Source: the human T2T-CHM13v2.0 reference genome, Homo sapiens. From it: 64,000 bases of DNA. The stretch's first letter is position 1, and every line of letters begins with the position of its first letter. This document shows, one piece after another, positions 1-13,543 of the stretch. The DNA lies in assembly GCF_009914755.1 (NCBI RefSeq), contig NC_060928.1. One strand, written 5' to 3'. A model generated the notes under the pieces. That model saw only the letters and a list, made by a program, of their open reading frames with translations, was not told where the DNA came from and did not search any database. The position numbers and the translations under genes are program-made.

Positions 1-1435
1 GTGGCTAAGAATAATTTCCTATAGCGTGAATGTAATTCTGAGTTGATGACTGATTTGCCCATACAGAAATAATAAAGTTCCTTTGCTAGCCTGAGCAATA
101 ATTTTTTCCATCCATTCCATCATCTACTCCATCAGCATTTCTAGAGACTACTTTATTTCAGGCTTAGTGTTTTGTGTTAAGGATAGAAAAATGAATGAGA
201 TCTGTGCAGATAGATTGTACAAAAACAAATAACTATCCACTCTGCCCATGCTGGTAATTAAAGAATCTTGGTTTAGTTTTAGTACTGGAAACTGTATCTT
301 TCTTCTTTCTCACATGAAAGAATAGAAAAACAAAAAAAGAAAATTCCATATAATAATATGGGCTACCATCATGGGCATGATTTTTCTACATTCTACAGTG
401 TAATTCTTCATTTTAAAGAAGTCTTTCTTCTCTACATTGTGCTGTTTGGGATTTTAAGCTATATTTTAGCTTAGCAACATTTTAATACAGCAATATCTTG
501 CCTTGACAAGGAAAACAATTCACATATTCAAAGGTCTGTTACAGAGGTTCCAAAGTCTGTTTAGAAATTCCAAAAGACTGTTTTAAATTTTTTGAATCCT
601 TTATTTAGAGAATATTTTTATAAAGAAAATTTAATAAAAGTTTTTTCTGAAGATTTAAAGTCATTGCATTATAATTTCTTTTTTTCTGCTTTCTTCCTGA
701 GTGTTTAAAGAGCATTTACTGTATATAATATAAAAACAAATAATGGTATGGTTGTCAGAGTAGAGGGAATTTGGATCATTTGGTTAAATTTCTGGGTAGA
801 ATGCATTTATAGGTAAAGAACTGATCCTCAGAAAGATTTACCTACTGTTGGTGATTTACATGCCTTTTTCACCAAAAAAAAATTAACTTTTCCCAAGTAA
901 TAGCCCCAAAGTTAATACAGTATCTGTAAATGATTTACTATAAGGAATTATAAAATTATTATAGTTATCTGTAAAGATCAATATATATTAAAATAACTAA
1001 ATAAGAGTCAGATTCATTTCTATTTATTATTTACAAGCAAGTAAAGGTTTGTGTCTTTTTTCTTTACGTTTTCCATCATTTATTATTTTATTGGGTCAGT
1101 TATATTGTTTTCTAATAAAAATGCAAGGATGCTATCAAATATATGAATTTGTTCAAACAATAACTCTAAAGAATCAGAATATCGTTATCTGCATGAGTGT
1201 GTCATATACACAGATAGCAAGACATAATGGAGCTTTGACTGTTCATTTGGTAAGTATTTTAAAAACCCAGAAATAAATGACTGTTCACTAAAAGTTACAC
1301 ATTTGACAGCTTTTCACTATATCAGGTCATAAAAGTTTTATTAGCAGTACTACTATTTCTGTACAATTTTATAAAATATGAAATGCCTTCAGATGGTGTG
1401 TTTAAATGAAATCATGCAATCTTCGTCATAAACAG

Positions 1436-1744
1436 CCACACAGAACCCAGCATTTCATCATGAAAGCAGGAAGACATACGGGCAGAGTGCAGATGGAGCT
1501 GAGGCAAATGAAATGGAAGGGGAAGGAAAACAGAATGGATCAGGCATGGAGACCAAACACAGCCCACTAGAGGTTGGCAGTGAGAGTTCTGAAGACCAGT
1601 ATGATGACTTGTATGTGTTCATTCCTGGTGCTGATCCAGAAAATAATTCACAAGAGCCACTCATGAGCAGCAGACCTCCTCTCCCCCCGCCGCGACCTGT
1701 AGCTAATGCCTTCCAACTGGAAAGACCTCACTTCACCTTACCAG
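1436..1744 (+). CDS. BANK1: BANK1 coding exon (approx. exon 9), 309 nt, phase 1-1; acidic YDDLY motif and Pro-rich RPPLPPPRP
   Basis: Acceptor cataaacAG (1434-1435), donor CAG|gtaagt. Translates (S)TQNPAFHHESRKTY...EDQYDDLYVF...RPPLPPPRP...HFTLP(G), matching recalled human BANK1; overlaps ORF 1513..1794. Confidence 0.96.
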
Positions 1745-1951
1745 GTAAGTTTAAGGTTAGAAAAAAACAAAACAAAACAAAGACAAATCTTTGACAGGCT
1801 TACATAGCAAATAGTGCAGTGGCAAATCTATACAGAGCAGATCAGCTTTTGAAACCAATAGCAACATTCTTCCTATTCTTTAAAAACTAAGGCCTGGGAA
1901 ATGAGGCAAGAGATACCTACCTCTACCTTGTTCTTTTGTTTCTTATTTCCT

Positions 1952-2040
1952 TGCTTCCTTCCTTCCTTCCTCCCTCCCTCCCTCCTTCCCTTTCTTCCTT
2001 CCTTCTCCCACTTTTTCTCTGTTTCTCTCTTTCTTCCTTG
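1952..2040 (+). repeat. (CCTT)n/(CCCT)n pyrimidine low-complexity tract
   Basis: cttccttccttccttcctccctccctccctcc visible directly. Confidence 0.85.
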
Positions 2041-2620
2041 TCTTATTACAAAGCTTTAAGAGAATAAAACTTGGAAGGAGTCTGTAGTTCTTCACATAAA
2101 ATGAACCTCAGGCATTCTGTGGAAAAGGAAATACAACATTGCTTTTAAAACATACTCTCAGTCTTCAGACAAAAAGTGAAATGCTAATGATCGACAATTT
2201 TCAGATGAACTTGGGTACTTTAATCACTTGATAGCTGTGGGAGAATTAAGCGTTAAAGGGTTTGTCGCACACTGCACTGACACCAAAGTTTAAAAACACT
2301 CTATACACTACCCAAGTGGAAGAAGAGTCAACATAGCTATCACTGGCATTTGTTCCCAGACGAAGGAATTGGGGTGTGGAAAGTGGGTGTGGGGAATCTG
2401 TCCTTGCGGAGGGCATGAAGAGGAGCTTCCACATTAGGTTTATCTGCCTGGAGTGTTCAACAGCCTGACAAACTCCCAGCTCCAGGCTCACTCTTACAGT
2501 CACAAATTATCATCTACTTTTTGATCATTATTTCATATGTACTTTCCAAATTTATATTTATTTTCCAAATAAAATGTTCTTAAGAAGACAATTTAGTTAA
2601 AAAAAAAAAACTCCTTATCA

Positions 2621-2714
2621 AAACCCCATTTTCACTATAATTTAGTTGTTGGGTCCTAGAAGGCTACAAACCCCATTTTCACTATAATTTAGTTGTTGGG
2701 TCCTAGAAGGCTAC
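2621..2714. repeat. Perfect 47-bp tandem duplication
   Basis: aaaccccattttcactataatttagttgttgggtcctagaaggctac at 2621-2667 and 2668-2714. Confidence 0.95.
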
Positions 2715-2777
2715 AAAGTACAAAAACATGACCTTGTTTCAAAAAGTAAATTTTTACGCAATGAAATTTAGTATTTG

Positions 2778-3103
<326 letters not shown>

Positions 3104-5126
3104 CTATGAAGACCCAAGTTTACCAACATAAGCTTTATTAAGCTTATGCACTGTATTTAGAGATGGAAAGTACTGCTTAATTGAAAGCTCTGAAGCCTAG
3201 TGGATATTCCTCTGATTCATTCATTCATTCAACAGATATTTATTACCTACTATATTTGAAGGTCTTGTGGACCCTCAACATTTATCCATGAAGTAGATAT
3301 ATTAATATTTAGCTATGAGGGGAGAAAACATCATAAGTTAGTAGTACACTGACTACAAAATTCTGGCATATTTTTCTCATTTTTTCAGATCTGAATAATT
3401 TGTTATAACAAAATTAATTGTCAAGAAGGTAAAATTGTCTTGTGTCAGATTATTTCTCTTAAAAGTGCTAATATTAAATCATATTTTTCCTAATGTTAAT
3501 TTCTATATATGGTATGTTGGTTAGCAGGTCTAAAACGACTCTATCGAGGGTCTTCATGAGTTGTCTAAGATCAGAAATGTAATCTTGGATAACATGTCTC
3601 CTGAAAACTAGCAAATATAAAAAGCAAAATAAAATAAAAACTCACTTATTTAATTTAAAAACCCTATTTTTACATTTTATATTCAGTGTTACTTTTATCT
3701 TTTGATAGTACTGATATTAGAAATGGATAATAAAATGCCGGTATTTTTTCTTAAAAATGTTTTATTGGCCTTTAAATGCAAGGCTGTAAGCTATCACTTA
3801 TTTTTTTGCCAGAGACTTTGTATGTCTTTGACTTTGGCTAGTGATACCTTCAGGAGTTGTTCTTTATGAGTAGCTTCCATCTGCCATCAAGTTACTGAAG
3901 GAAAAAAAAAAAAAAAGCCTTCTCCTCAGTGCTGTAGGCATCAAATTCCTCACAGTGGATTTACGGACTTCTTCATTGGAGAAACTAATAACATATAATA
4001 CTATAGAGCACTTTACAGTTTATAAAGAACCCATGGTTTCTTTTTAACCCAAGAATCCTGGAAAGTAATTATCGGATCCCTCCTTGACTCAGTTCCAAGA
4101 AGCCCTATAATTAGAATGTGTCAGTTGCTTCTATTAACAGGTCTCCTAGGCTATTAGGATTTTTCTCTTTTTTATACAGTCTTGACCCAATTACTTCAAA
4201 AGTTGGAATTATGGAAGTGATTTGTTTTAATCTTTCTTTATTGATATACCACCTGAATTCAGAAAGCTTAGGTCCCACTCTTAACTGAAAAGTATTATCT
4301 GATACTTTGGAAAATAAAAAGTAAAATGTATTATTTCTAGTGCAAGCCCAACTTTAGAAATGTTGGGAAGGGAGGTGGGTGGGGAAACAAAGAGAGTTAA
4401 GAGCTCAGGAAATCGGTTCATAAACGTAAGATGGTTGACACATTCCGCTAAAAATGAAACACTGAAAAAGTGGTTCCCACACACTTAATCTGTTTTCACC
4501 TGTGTTGCTGTCAGTGAACCAGAAGTCATAAAGTCAAAATCTTAAAACCATATTATTCATAGGATAAAAGGCAAGCCGTGGTGAATTGAAAGTTAGTGCT
4601 AGGCACATCGGTAATTAATACTTCTTAAGTTAAACTAAATGAAACTATAAGAGTTAAGACTCTGTTGGGAGATTATCTTAATCTCGCCTCATAATCTTAC
4701 CCAAGGCAATTGCTGAATCTTTCTATAATATCCTTTTATTCTGCTCTGCTACTTGTCTTTCCCCTTTTAAGTTTTTCCACTAAAATCTTCATAAGTAAAC
4801 TAATTTTAGGAGTATCAGATTCTCGAAGGGCAAATTCAAAAAAGAATGAAAATGAAAGAAAAAGCCTTCATTGGCCTTGTAGAGAGCCATTAAAATTCTT
4901 TTTAATTTACTTGTTAATCAAAGCATATTATATCTGTTATTAATAACTGCTACAAAAATATTTTAACATATTCTTATAAAAATATGTCAAGATATTACTG
5001 TATGGAAAAATCATCAAAGACTCTGAAACCTATAATTTTATTCTTTTCATGTGAATTCATTCTCACACCATTGATCATCCATGCTGTCTTTTATGTCATG
5101 AACTCTACTTTCAGTGTCTTTCATCT

Positions 5127-5419
5127 GTTTTTTATTTGTTTTTTTTTTGTTTGTTTTTATTTTTGAGGCACGATCTTGCTCTGTTGCCCAGTCTGGAGTG
5201 CAATGGCATGCCTATAGCTCACTATAGCCTCAAACTCTTGGGCTAAAGCAATCCTTTCTCCTCAATTTCTGGAGTAGCTAGGAGTACTCGCCACCTGGCT
5301 AATTCTTTTATTTTTGTAGATACTAGGTCTCACTAGGCTGCTCTCAAATTCCTGGCCTCCAGCTATCCTCTTACCTCAGCCTCCCAAAGCATTGGGATTA
5401 GGCACAGAAGCCATTGGCC
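5127..5419 (-). mobile_element. Old Alu (AluJ-like)
   Basis: T-rich tail then a diverged antisense Alu; flanks cagtgtctttcatct / cagtgtcctttatct. Confidence 0.85.
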
Positions 5420-6191
5420 AGTGTCCTTTATCTATGAATAAGGCCCATGTTGGCTTGTAGAAAACAAAAGCTGCATTTCTGAAGGTCAGTTTGTCATAGT
5501 CAAAGACCGACTGCTATGAAACCAACTAATGGTGCCTTTGGCTATTTCTCCCTGTCATTTTCAGAGAAATTAAATTTTAGGTGAAATATCCAGTGCAAGC
5601 AATATGAAACATGAAACAACTTCAAATGAAAAAAAAAATCTAAGAATATTATGCTTGAAAAACACAAGTTTTCAAAGCTGTGGAGTTTCAGACATAGATT
5701 TATAACTTGATTTTCTGATATGAAATCATTCTTTATATGTAAAAGTATATATAATATATAAAATAATATATAAAGGTATATTTAATACATATAATTATAT
5801 TTTATACATTAAATATTTATATATGAAATAATATATAAAAATAATATATATATATTGCTCTCTCTCTACACAAAATAATATGGAAAGTATTTAAATGTTT
5901 TAAAAAATTCCATGTCTTAAGCACATGGATTTTTTTACTACACGTATTTGTCTTAATACAATTTAAACTACAAAGTGCAGGATGATTTATTAGTAAGTTA
6001 CACAGCTCACTTTTTCTGCATTTAGGGGGTGACATATAAATTATTCTCCTGGAGTCACGAGCTCTTCTCTAATACTGTTTCCTACGGCACTTGACTAAGC
6101 CACCTTGGGAAGCTCAAAAAAGTGACAGATGGACACCAATAATGTTGCATGTAACAGAAGAGTAAACACCATGTAAATATTTCATAAACAG

Positions 6192-6497
6192 GGACAATGG
6201 TGGAAGGCCAAATGGAAAGAAGTCAAAACTGGGGTCATCCTGGTGTTAGACAAGAAACAGGAGATGAACCCAAAGGAGAAAAAGAGAAGAAAGAAGAGGA
6301 AAAAGAGCAGGAGGAGGAAGAAGACCCATATACTTTTGCTGAGATTGATGACAGTGAATATGACATGATATTGGCCAATCTGAGTATAAAGAAAAAAACT
6401 GGGAGTCGGTCTTTCATTATAAATAGACCTCCTGCCCCCACACCCCGACCCACAAGTATACCTCCAAAAGAGGAAACTACACCTTACATAGCTCAAG
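6192..6497 (+). CDS. BANK1: BANK1 coding exon (approx. exon 10), 306 nt, phase 1-1; Glu/Lys-rich tract and RPPAPTPRP
   Basis: Acceptor cataaacAG (6190-6191), donor AAG|gtaatt. (G)TMVEGQMERSQ...EEEEDPYTF...RPPAPTPRP...PYIAQ(V) is in frame with the previous exon; ORF 6197..6529. Confidence 0.96.
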
Positions 6498-6651
6498 GTA
6501 ATTATCATTGTTGTTTGTTTACTTGTTAATTTTTTTTGTCCAAAATTTTGAGGATGGGAGGAGGGGATAAGGTGATGCAATTAATGCTCTAAAACTCCAA
6601 AGAGTAAACATTTTTTTTCAAGTCACAGCTAAGCTATACTGGCTCATTTTT

Positions 6652-7748
6652 TTTCCACTAAGAGTATTTTTTTATTATTATTATACTTTAAGTTCTGGGG
6701 TACATGTGCAGAACGTGCAGTTTTGTTACTAGGTATGTGCATGCCATGGTAGTCTGCTGTACCCATCAACCCGTCACCTACATTGGGTATTTCTCCTAAT
6801 GTTATCTCTCCCCCAGCCCCCCACCCCGCAACAGGCCCCAGTGTGTGATATTCATATTCCCCACCCTGTGTCCATGTGTTCTCATCTTTCAACTCCCACT
6901 TATGAGTGAGAACATGCAGTGTTTGGTTTTCTGTTCTCGTGATAGTTTGCTGAGAATGATGGTTTCCAGCATCATCCATGTCCCTGCAAAGGACATGAAC
7001 TCATCCTTTTTTATGGCTGCATAGTATTCCATGGTGTATATATGCCACATTTTCTTTATCCAGTCTACTATTGATGGACATTTGGGTTGGTTCCAAGTCT
7101 TTGCTATTATGAATAGTGCCACAATAAACATACATGTGCATGTGTCTTTATAGTAGAATGATTTATAATACTTTGGGTATATACCCAGTAATGGGATTGC
7201 TGGGTCAAATGGTATTTCTAGTTCTAGATCCTTGAGGAATCGCCACACTGTCTTCCACAATGATTGAACTAATTTACACTCCCACCAACAGTGTAAAAGC
7301 ATCCCTGTTTCTCCACATCCTCACCAGCATCTGTTGTTTCCTGACTTTTTAATGGTTGCCATTCTAACTGGTGTGAGATGGTATCTCACTGTGGTTTCGA
7401 TTTGCATTTCTCTGATGACCAGTGATGATGAGCATTTTTTCAAGTGTCCGTTGGCTGCATAAATGTCTTCTTTTGAGAAGTATCTGTTCATATCCTTTGC
7501 CCACTTTTTTGATGGGGGGTTGTTTTTTCTTGTAAATTTGTTTAAGTTCTTTGTAGATTCTGGATATTAGCCCTTTGTCAGGTGGATAAATTGCCAAAAT
7601 TTTCTCCCACTCTGTAGGTTGCGTGTTCACTCTGATGATAGTTTCTTTTGCTGTGCAGAAGCGCTTTAGTTTAATTAGATCCCATTTGTCAATTTTGTCT
7701 TTTGTTGTCATTGCTTTTGGTGTTTTAGACATGAAGTCCTTGCCCATG
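6652..7748 (-). mobile_element. 5'-truncated L1PA (L1PA7/8-like) 3' end
   Basis: ORF2 C-terminal peptides in minus-strand ORFs 6889..7302 and 7364..7777, L1 3' UTR and A-tail. 15-bp TSD TACTGGCTCATTTTT at 6637-6651 and 7749-7763. Confidence 0.93.
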
Positions 7749-8813
7749 TACTGGCTCATTTTTAAATTTAGAAACATAGTGAGTAAAGAAAATAAGAATG
7801 ATGGATTGAGTTCCGGTTTCTACTTCCTCATTAAAAAGGATAATGACAAGTCTTTCAGGGAACATGAAACCATAGGATATATGTAGAAATTCTACTTGAT
7901 ACTTCCTTCCTAATTCTATAAGAAAGATGCTCAACTCCTATAAATAATATGCAACACAAGAACATTTAAATATATACCACAGATCCACCTAAGAGAAACA
8001 TAATTACTCATATATACTTAATATTTTCAAAAGAAACCATTCTGTTCCTTAAGCTGCATGTATGTATTAAGAGATTCATATAAGAAAATTTAGCAAGCAC
8101 GTATAAAGTATTTATCAGTATAAAATACACTTATTTAATGATGATCTTCTCTTGATATTGTTCAAGAAACTATAACAAATTATATAGCAAATTAATCAAC
8201 TGTTTCAGCTGAAATAAAACATGAATTGGAACAGTTGTCTAGATTATAGATTATAAAGTCAGGGAATGAACTTTTGCTAGAAATTCTCAGGTTGTCTCTC
8301 ATAGTTTAATATCTCTAGGGTATTACTATCTCCTTGACAAAGTTGCTAAATACCAGTAAATACTTTTAAAAGAGAAAGTGGATATAGCTTGATACAAAAA
8401 GTTAGTTATACTCTAGAAATTTTTGAAGAAATACCTCATCTTCTATATTCCAATGCCTAGGGAGTTTCTCAGGACAAGAATGGAATCCCATGTTGTGTTC
8501 GTCTACCGTTTGGCCGTTATCTTCCCATCCTTCTATTGATGGTCATATTCTTGTTCTCCAAGATCTCTGTCTTGTTCTCTGTTGTTCTTTTTTGTAGAAT
8601 TCTTTTCTCTTTTAGGTGGGTACAGAGAGATATAATTCAATATCTTTGTTACTGATTTTGCTTCATTGTGTTTTGATTTGTTTTTAAATTTCTTTTGTTC
8701 TTACTTTTCCTTCTGCTCTCATATTGTCTCTGTTGTCTTTACTTGTTTGGTCTGCCTGTAACATTTGATACTTCCATCAAATATGGCTATTCTTAGCTAT
8801 GTTTTCATGTTTA

Positions 8814-9133
<320 letters not shown>

Positions 9134-9627
9134 AATGAAGCACCAAATGCCTCAATGGAAACTCTACTTTTTAACTTATGGACAGCATTGTAGGGTAATT
9201 AGGAAGTAGGTAACCAGCTTTTTCATTGGATGGCCCCAAAATATTATTTATGTAAGTCTATTCACCTATGCTTTTAACTTTTTCTAGAATACTCTTCAAC
9301 TAACTGTAGTCTGCACTTACATATCCAGTTCCCAGCATGCTGAGATTAGAATGCGGGAAAAAGACTGGGAAATTTCACCATTCAGAATGCACAATTTAAC
9401 TTGTTCTCCCTGTTTTCCGTCTCGTATGTAATTCCTGCCACCCAGTGTGCCTTGTGTACCATGTCCAAAACTACTTCTGTTCAATTTCTCTAATGAAGAA
9501 CCCTCCCATTATGGGTGAGTGCTTCAATTCACAGGACTGGAGAAAGAACTTGGGGCCATGACTGGTTTAGGCTTTCAACCCATCCCTAAGTAAAATAAGT
9601 ATATTTGGATGGTTTTCCTTTCATTGA

Positions 9628-9745
9628 TTTATTTATTAGTTACATAAACATCGATTGAGTGCCAATGATAAAACCTGTGTACTAAGTTTATTTATTAGTT
9701 ACATAAACATCGATTGAGTGCCAATGATAAAACCTGTGTCCTAAG
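9628..9745. repeat. 59-bp tandem duplication (1 mismatch), in L2-like sequence
   Basis: tttatttattagttacataaacatcgattgagtgccaatgataaaacctgtgt[a/c]ctaag at 9628-9686 and 9687-9745. Confidence 0.93.
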
Positions 9746-11591
9746 TATGTAAATTTTGTACATGCAATGTTGCAATTTGTCCTGTAGGTATATGCACACG
9801 TAGAAACATTAAAGAATCTTAAAGATCTTCAGTTTCTAATAAATTTTAAAGTTTACTTATCTCACCCATCCCAAGACTGGCACCCTTCAATATTTATAAG
9901 TTGTCGTTCTAATTCAATGATAACAATATAATTTACTCTCATTATATTTGTATTACATGGAGATGAAAACTAGTGCTATAATTTTTTTTGGCAATTAAGT
10001 ATATAAAATAGGTATGGTTATTTACCCTGTATCCCAAATAAGTAGCAAAAGCTGGACTACAAATAATGTCACCAAAATCCTTTTCCATTTTTTATTTCCT
10101 TTTCTCTTTCACTGGGATATACTTGCCTGCCTTTTTCTTTTATGCAATTGATTGTTGATCATTCTGTTCCCACATTAGGAAGAGATTACCTCATCAGCTA
10201 ATTCATTCTTGGTGTTCTTTGCATTTCACAGAGTAAGAGCCTTTCCTCACATCTTTCCTTTTTTTTTCCCCTAGCTTGGGCAGTTCTATTAAGTCAAGTT
10301 GCCACCATTTCCCAGAAAACCATTCACTCAATTAGAAGATTAATTTCTGGCCCCATTGCTTGCCAGAGCCCAAAAATGGTATCAGTATATTGGTGTATTC
10401 AGGGTGTGTTAATAGCCAGAATGGAAAGATTGGGAATAGAAGATAGAGGAAAAATACAGGAATGCAGAATCCCATCTTACTATTTCAGAAACTGAAGAAG
10501 TAATGGCAAAGGAACTAGGCAAAGGAAAACCATGCTGGCTTTGCAGAAAGACTTGTGTCCAAATTTAGCTGATATTACCCAAGCAAGCAAATTCACGTAT
10601 CTGAGACTGAATTTCCTCACTGTAAGCTGGGGATACAAATATATATTTCAAAGATTTTTAATCTCTAAATGAGATAAAATTAGAAAATACCCAGCACAAT
10701 ACTTGACATGTGGTATATGTTCAATGCATTATAATTAAAACAATTCTACTTTTTCTTTTCTCAGTTTAGTGTCTGTTTCTTGGATTCTGGTGGAATCAGA
10801 AGTTAGGGAAAATAGTAGTGCTGGAGTGTGTGAGGGAAGGAAGACCCTGTATTCTAACAGAACAAGTTGGCTTAGTCATCTTCTTATAATAATTATCATT
10901 AGGCAGCTTTCATGATAATTGCTAATTCATGCAATAACCCCACATAGTTGGCATTGATAACTTCATTTTAGAGATAAAGAAACTAATGCTCAGTAAGTGC
11001 CAACGTCTTTCCCAAAGTGATAAAACCAGGAAGAGGAAGAGGCAGGATTTGGACCCAGATTAATCTGGATCTCATGCCTGAGTACATGGCACCACAAATT
11101 TCCATCACTGATATATTTATTCCTGGATTACTTGTTAATATTTATTTCTTCCTTCTAACCTATAAGATCCATGAAGGAAGAGACCAAACTAATCTGTTTT
11201 CCCCATTGTATCTCTGGTGCCAAGATCAGTGCTGAATTCATAGTAGAAACTCTGAATATTTGGTGAATATTAACTGAATGAAATGATAGAAGTGACAAGA
11301 TCCACATCAGTGTGGGTAGAACAGAAGACTTCATTAACACTCTGGAATCAGAAGACTATATCAGTCTACTGATTCCTAAATTTATCCTGCTTTAAACCAT
11401 CTTATGTCCAAAACACTACCAATTTGAAGGGAAGAGCCCACACAGAACTGGACAAAGCTCTAGGTTATTCATATACAGCTAAGCACTCTAACTGCTTCCG
11501 CAAAGCTTAAAACATGAAGCTCTATTTCACCATCATCATCATCCCCTTACCCCAGAGACATAACTTATTAATGCAAAACTGAACCCATGTT

Positions 11592-11934
<343 letters not shown>

Positions 11935-13336
11935 TTATCCCATTGCTGTTGTACTAAGCCAGATCTTAGGTTAACAATCACAAGAATAACTCATTTTTCA
12001 TAAGTAAAATTTTTTGAAGTCTACCTGTTTTCAGATATATTTTCCTCTACTTTTTTTTTTATCCCTGTAATATTGAAGAGGATCGGGTTCATTAAGCTTG
12101 AAGAATACAGAGGAATTAACATGGATGTATGGTCTTTAGTGACAGAATTCTTGATTTAAGACAAATCAGGGAAAGAAAATGAGCACTTGGCATGGCATAG
12201 ATACATTGGTAGTGAAACTACGTCCATAAATCATGCAAAGAGATGAATGCCTATTGGGTAAAATTTTTCAGCATCAATGGGCAATTTTCTATTTTCCTCT
12301 CACACAATTAATAGAACAAAGATCTTTCTTCAGAATCCATGTGACTGATTTCTGGTAGAATATAATTTCCCTTTCAATTTCCAATTGCTACTGAGTTGCC
12401 CTTGGCATTTTGCAGTGCAACAAAGTTGTATGTGACCTTTTTGAGAGCTACTCAGCTACAGGGAACCCAAAATGTCAAGTGCAACTCACTTGCTCTCAGA
12501 AGTTTTCCACTTGCAATTCACTTGTACTTGAAATTGATCACATACAATGCAATTGAAATGCAAAAAGAGAAAAAAGACCTTGTAGAAACTGTTAGGAAAA
12601 TTTATTCATATCATTGTAAACGTGACAGAGTATAATGGTCTCTGTCCTCATTAGTAAAATACGGTCAAGTGGATTGAAGTAGGTCTTAGATCAAGTGCCT
12701 TGGATCCTCCTCCCTGGATAGGTGACCTTGTCCAAACCATTTAGTTTAAGGACATAGTATGTATATCACAGGTGCTCTCAGAATAGTGACATATTTATCA
12801 TTATTTGTAAGCCTCATGTTCCTGTTTTTCTCCCTTGACTCTGCCTCATTCTTTTCCATGAGAGAGTGCTGGTGTAGCTCTGCAAAGGAGAAATTATTCT
12901 GACCTGTGTTCATACTGTCCATTGAAGAGAAGCAAGTCAGCTCGTGTAACCCAGGTGTTCTTGTTTGCTCTTTCTGTCATTCTCACAGTAGAACATCATG
13001 ATCCCCTGGCTTCTTCACAGAAATACTGAATGAAACCTGAGAAGTGCTTTGCAGACCATCTGTTAGCATGTTGACGTAATGACGATGAAATTTTCCAGCC
13101 TCATCTTCCAAGAATTCAATTCCTTTATATTAGTGAAAATGGGAAGGAGGCAGTAATCAGCTGTAGCGTGAACTGACATTAAAAGATTTTCATTACACAA
13201 GACAATGAATGCAAATATTATCAAGCACTTAGATTTTCATTCGACAGCACAATGAATTCTGGTCTTTTTCCACTTAACATATGATGTTACTATTTGTTAA
13301 AAGCATCTGTAGGAAGAAGTTTAATTGACCTATAAA

Positions 13337-13543
13337 AGTAGTTCTTAACTGGCAGTGATTTGCTTCTCATAAGACATTTGTCAATGTCTGGAGACATTTT
13401 GATTGTCAAGACTAAGAACAGTACTAGTGACATCTGCTAGGCAGAGACCAAGAATGCTGCTAAATGTCTTACATGCACTGGACAGCCCCATAACAAAGAA
13501 TTATCCAGTCTAAAGTGTCAACAGTAACACTGTTAAGAAACTC
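13337..13543. mobile_element. MER20-like hAT DNA transposon relic
   Basis: gacatttgtcaatgtctggagacattttgattgtc...atgctgctaaa...aacaaagaattatccag resembles the recalled MER20 consensus. Confidence 0.7.

Noticed and set aside
527-590. Degenerate short tandem repeats (three ~20-mers ttccaaagtctgtt; also 14241-14292, 33888-33985, 46074-46104)
   Set aside because: They are short and decayed, consistent with ordinary slippage, with no sign of function.
1745-1794. ORF track extensions past the exon donors (also 6498-6529, 36592-36681, 48601-48693)
   Set aside because: These are intron read-through beyond canonical GT donors, with low-complexity or random tails and no evidence of alternative terminal exons.
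2621-2714. Direct repeats as a CRISPR-like array
   Set aside because: There are only two adjacent copies with no spacers, in a eukaryotic intron.
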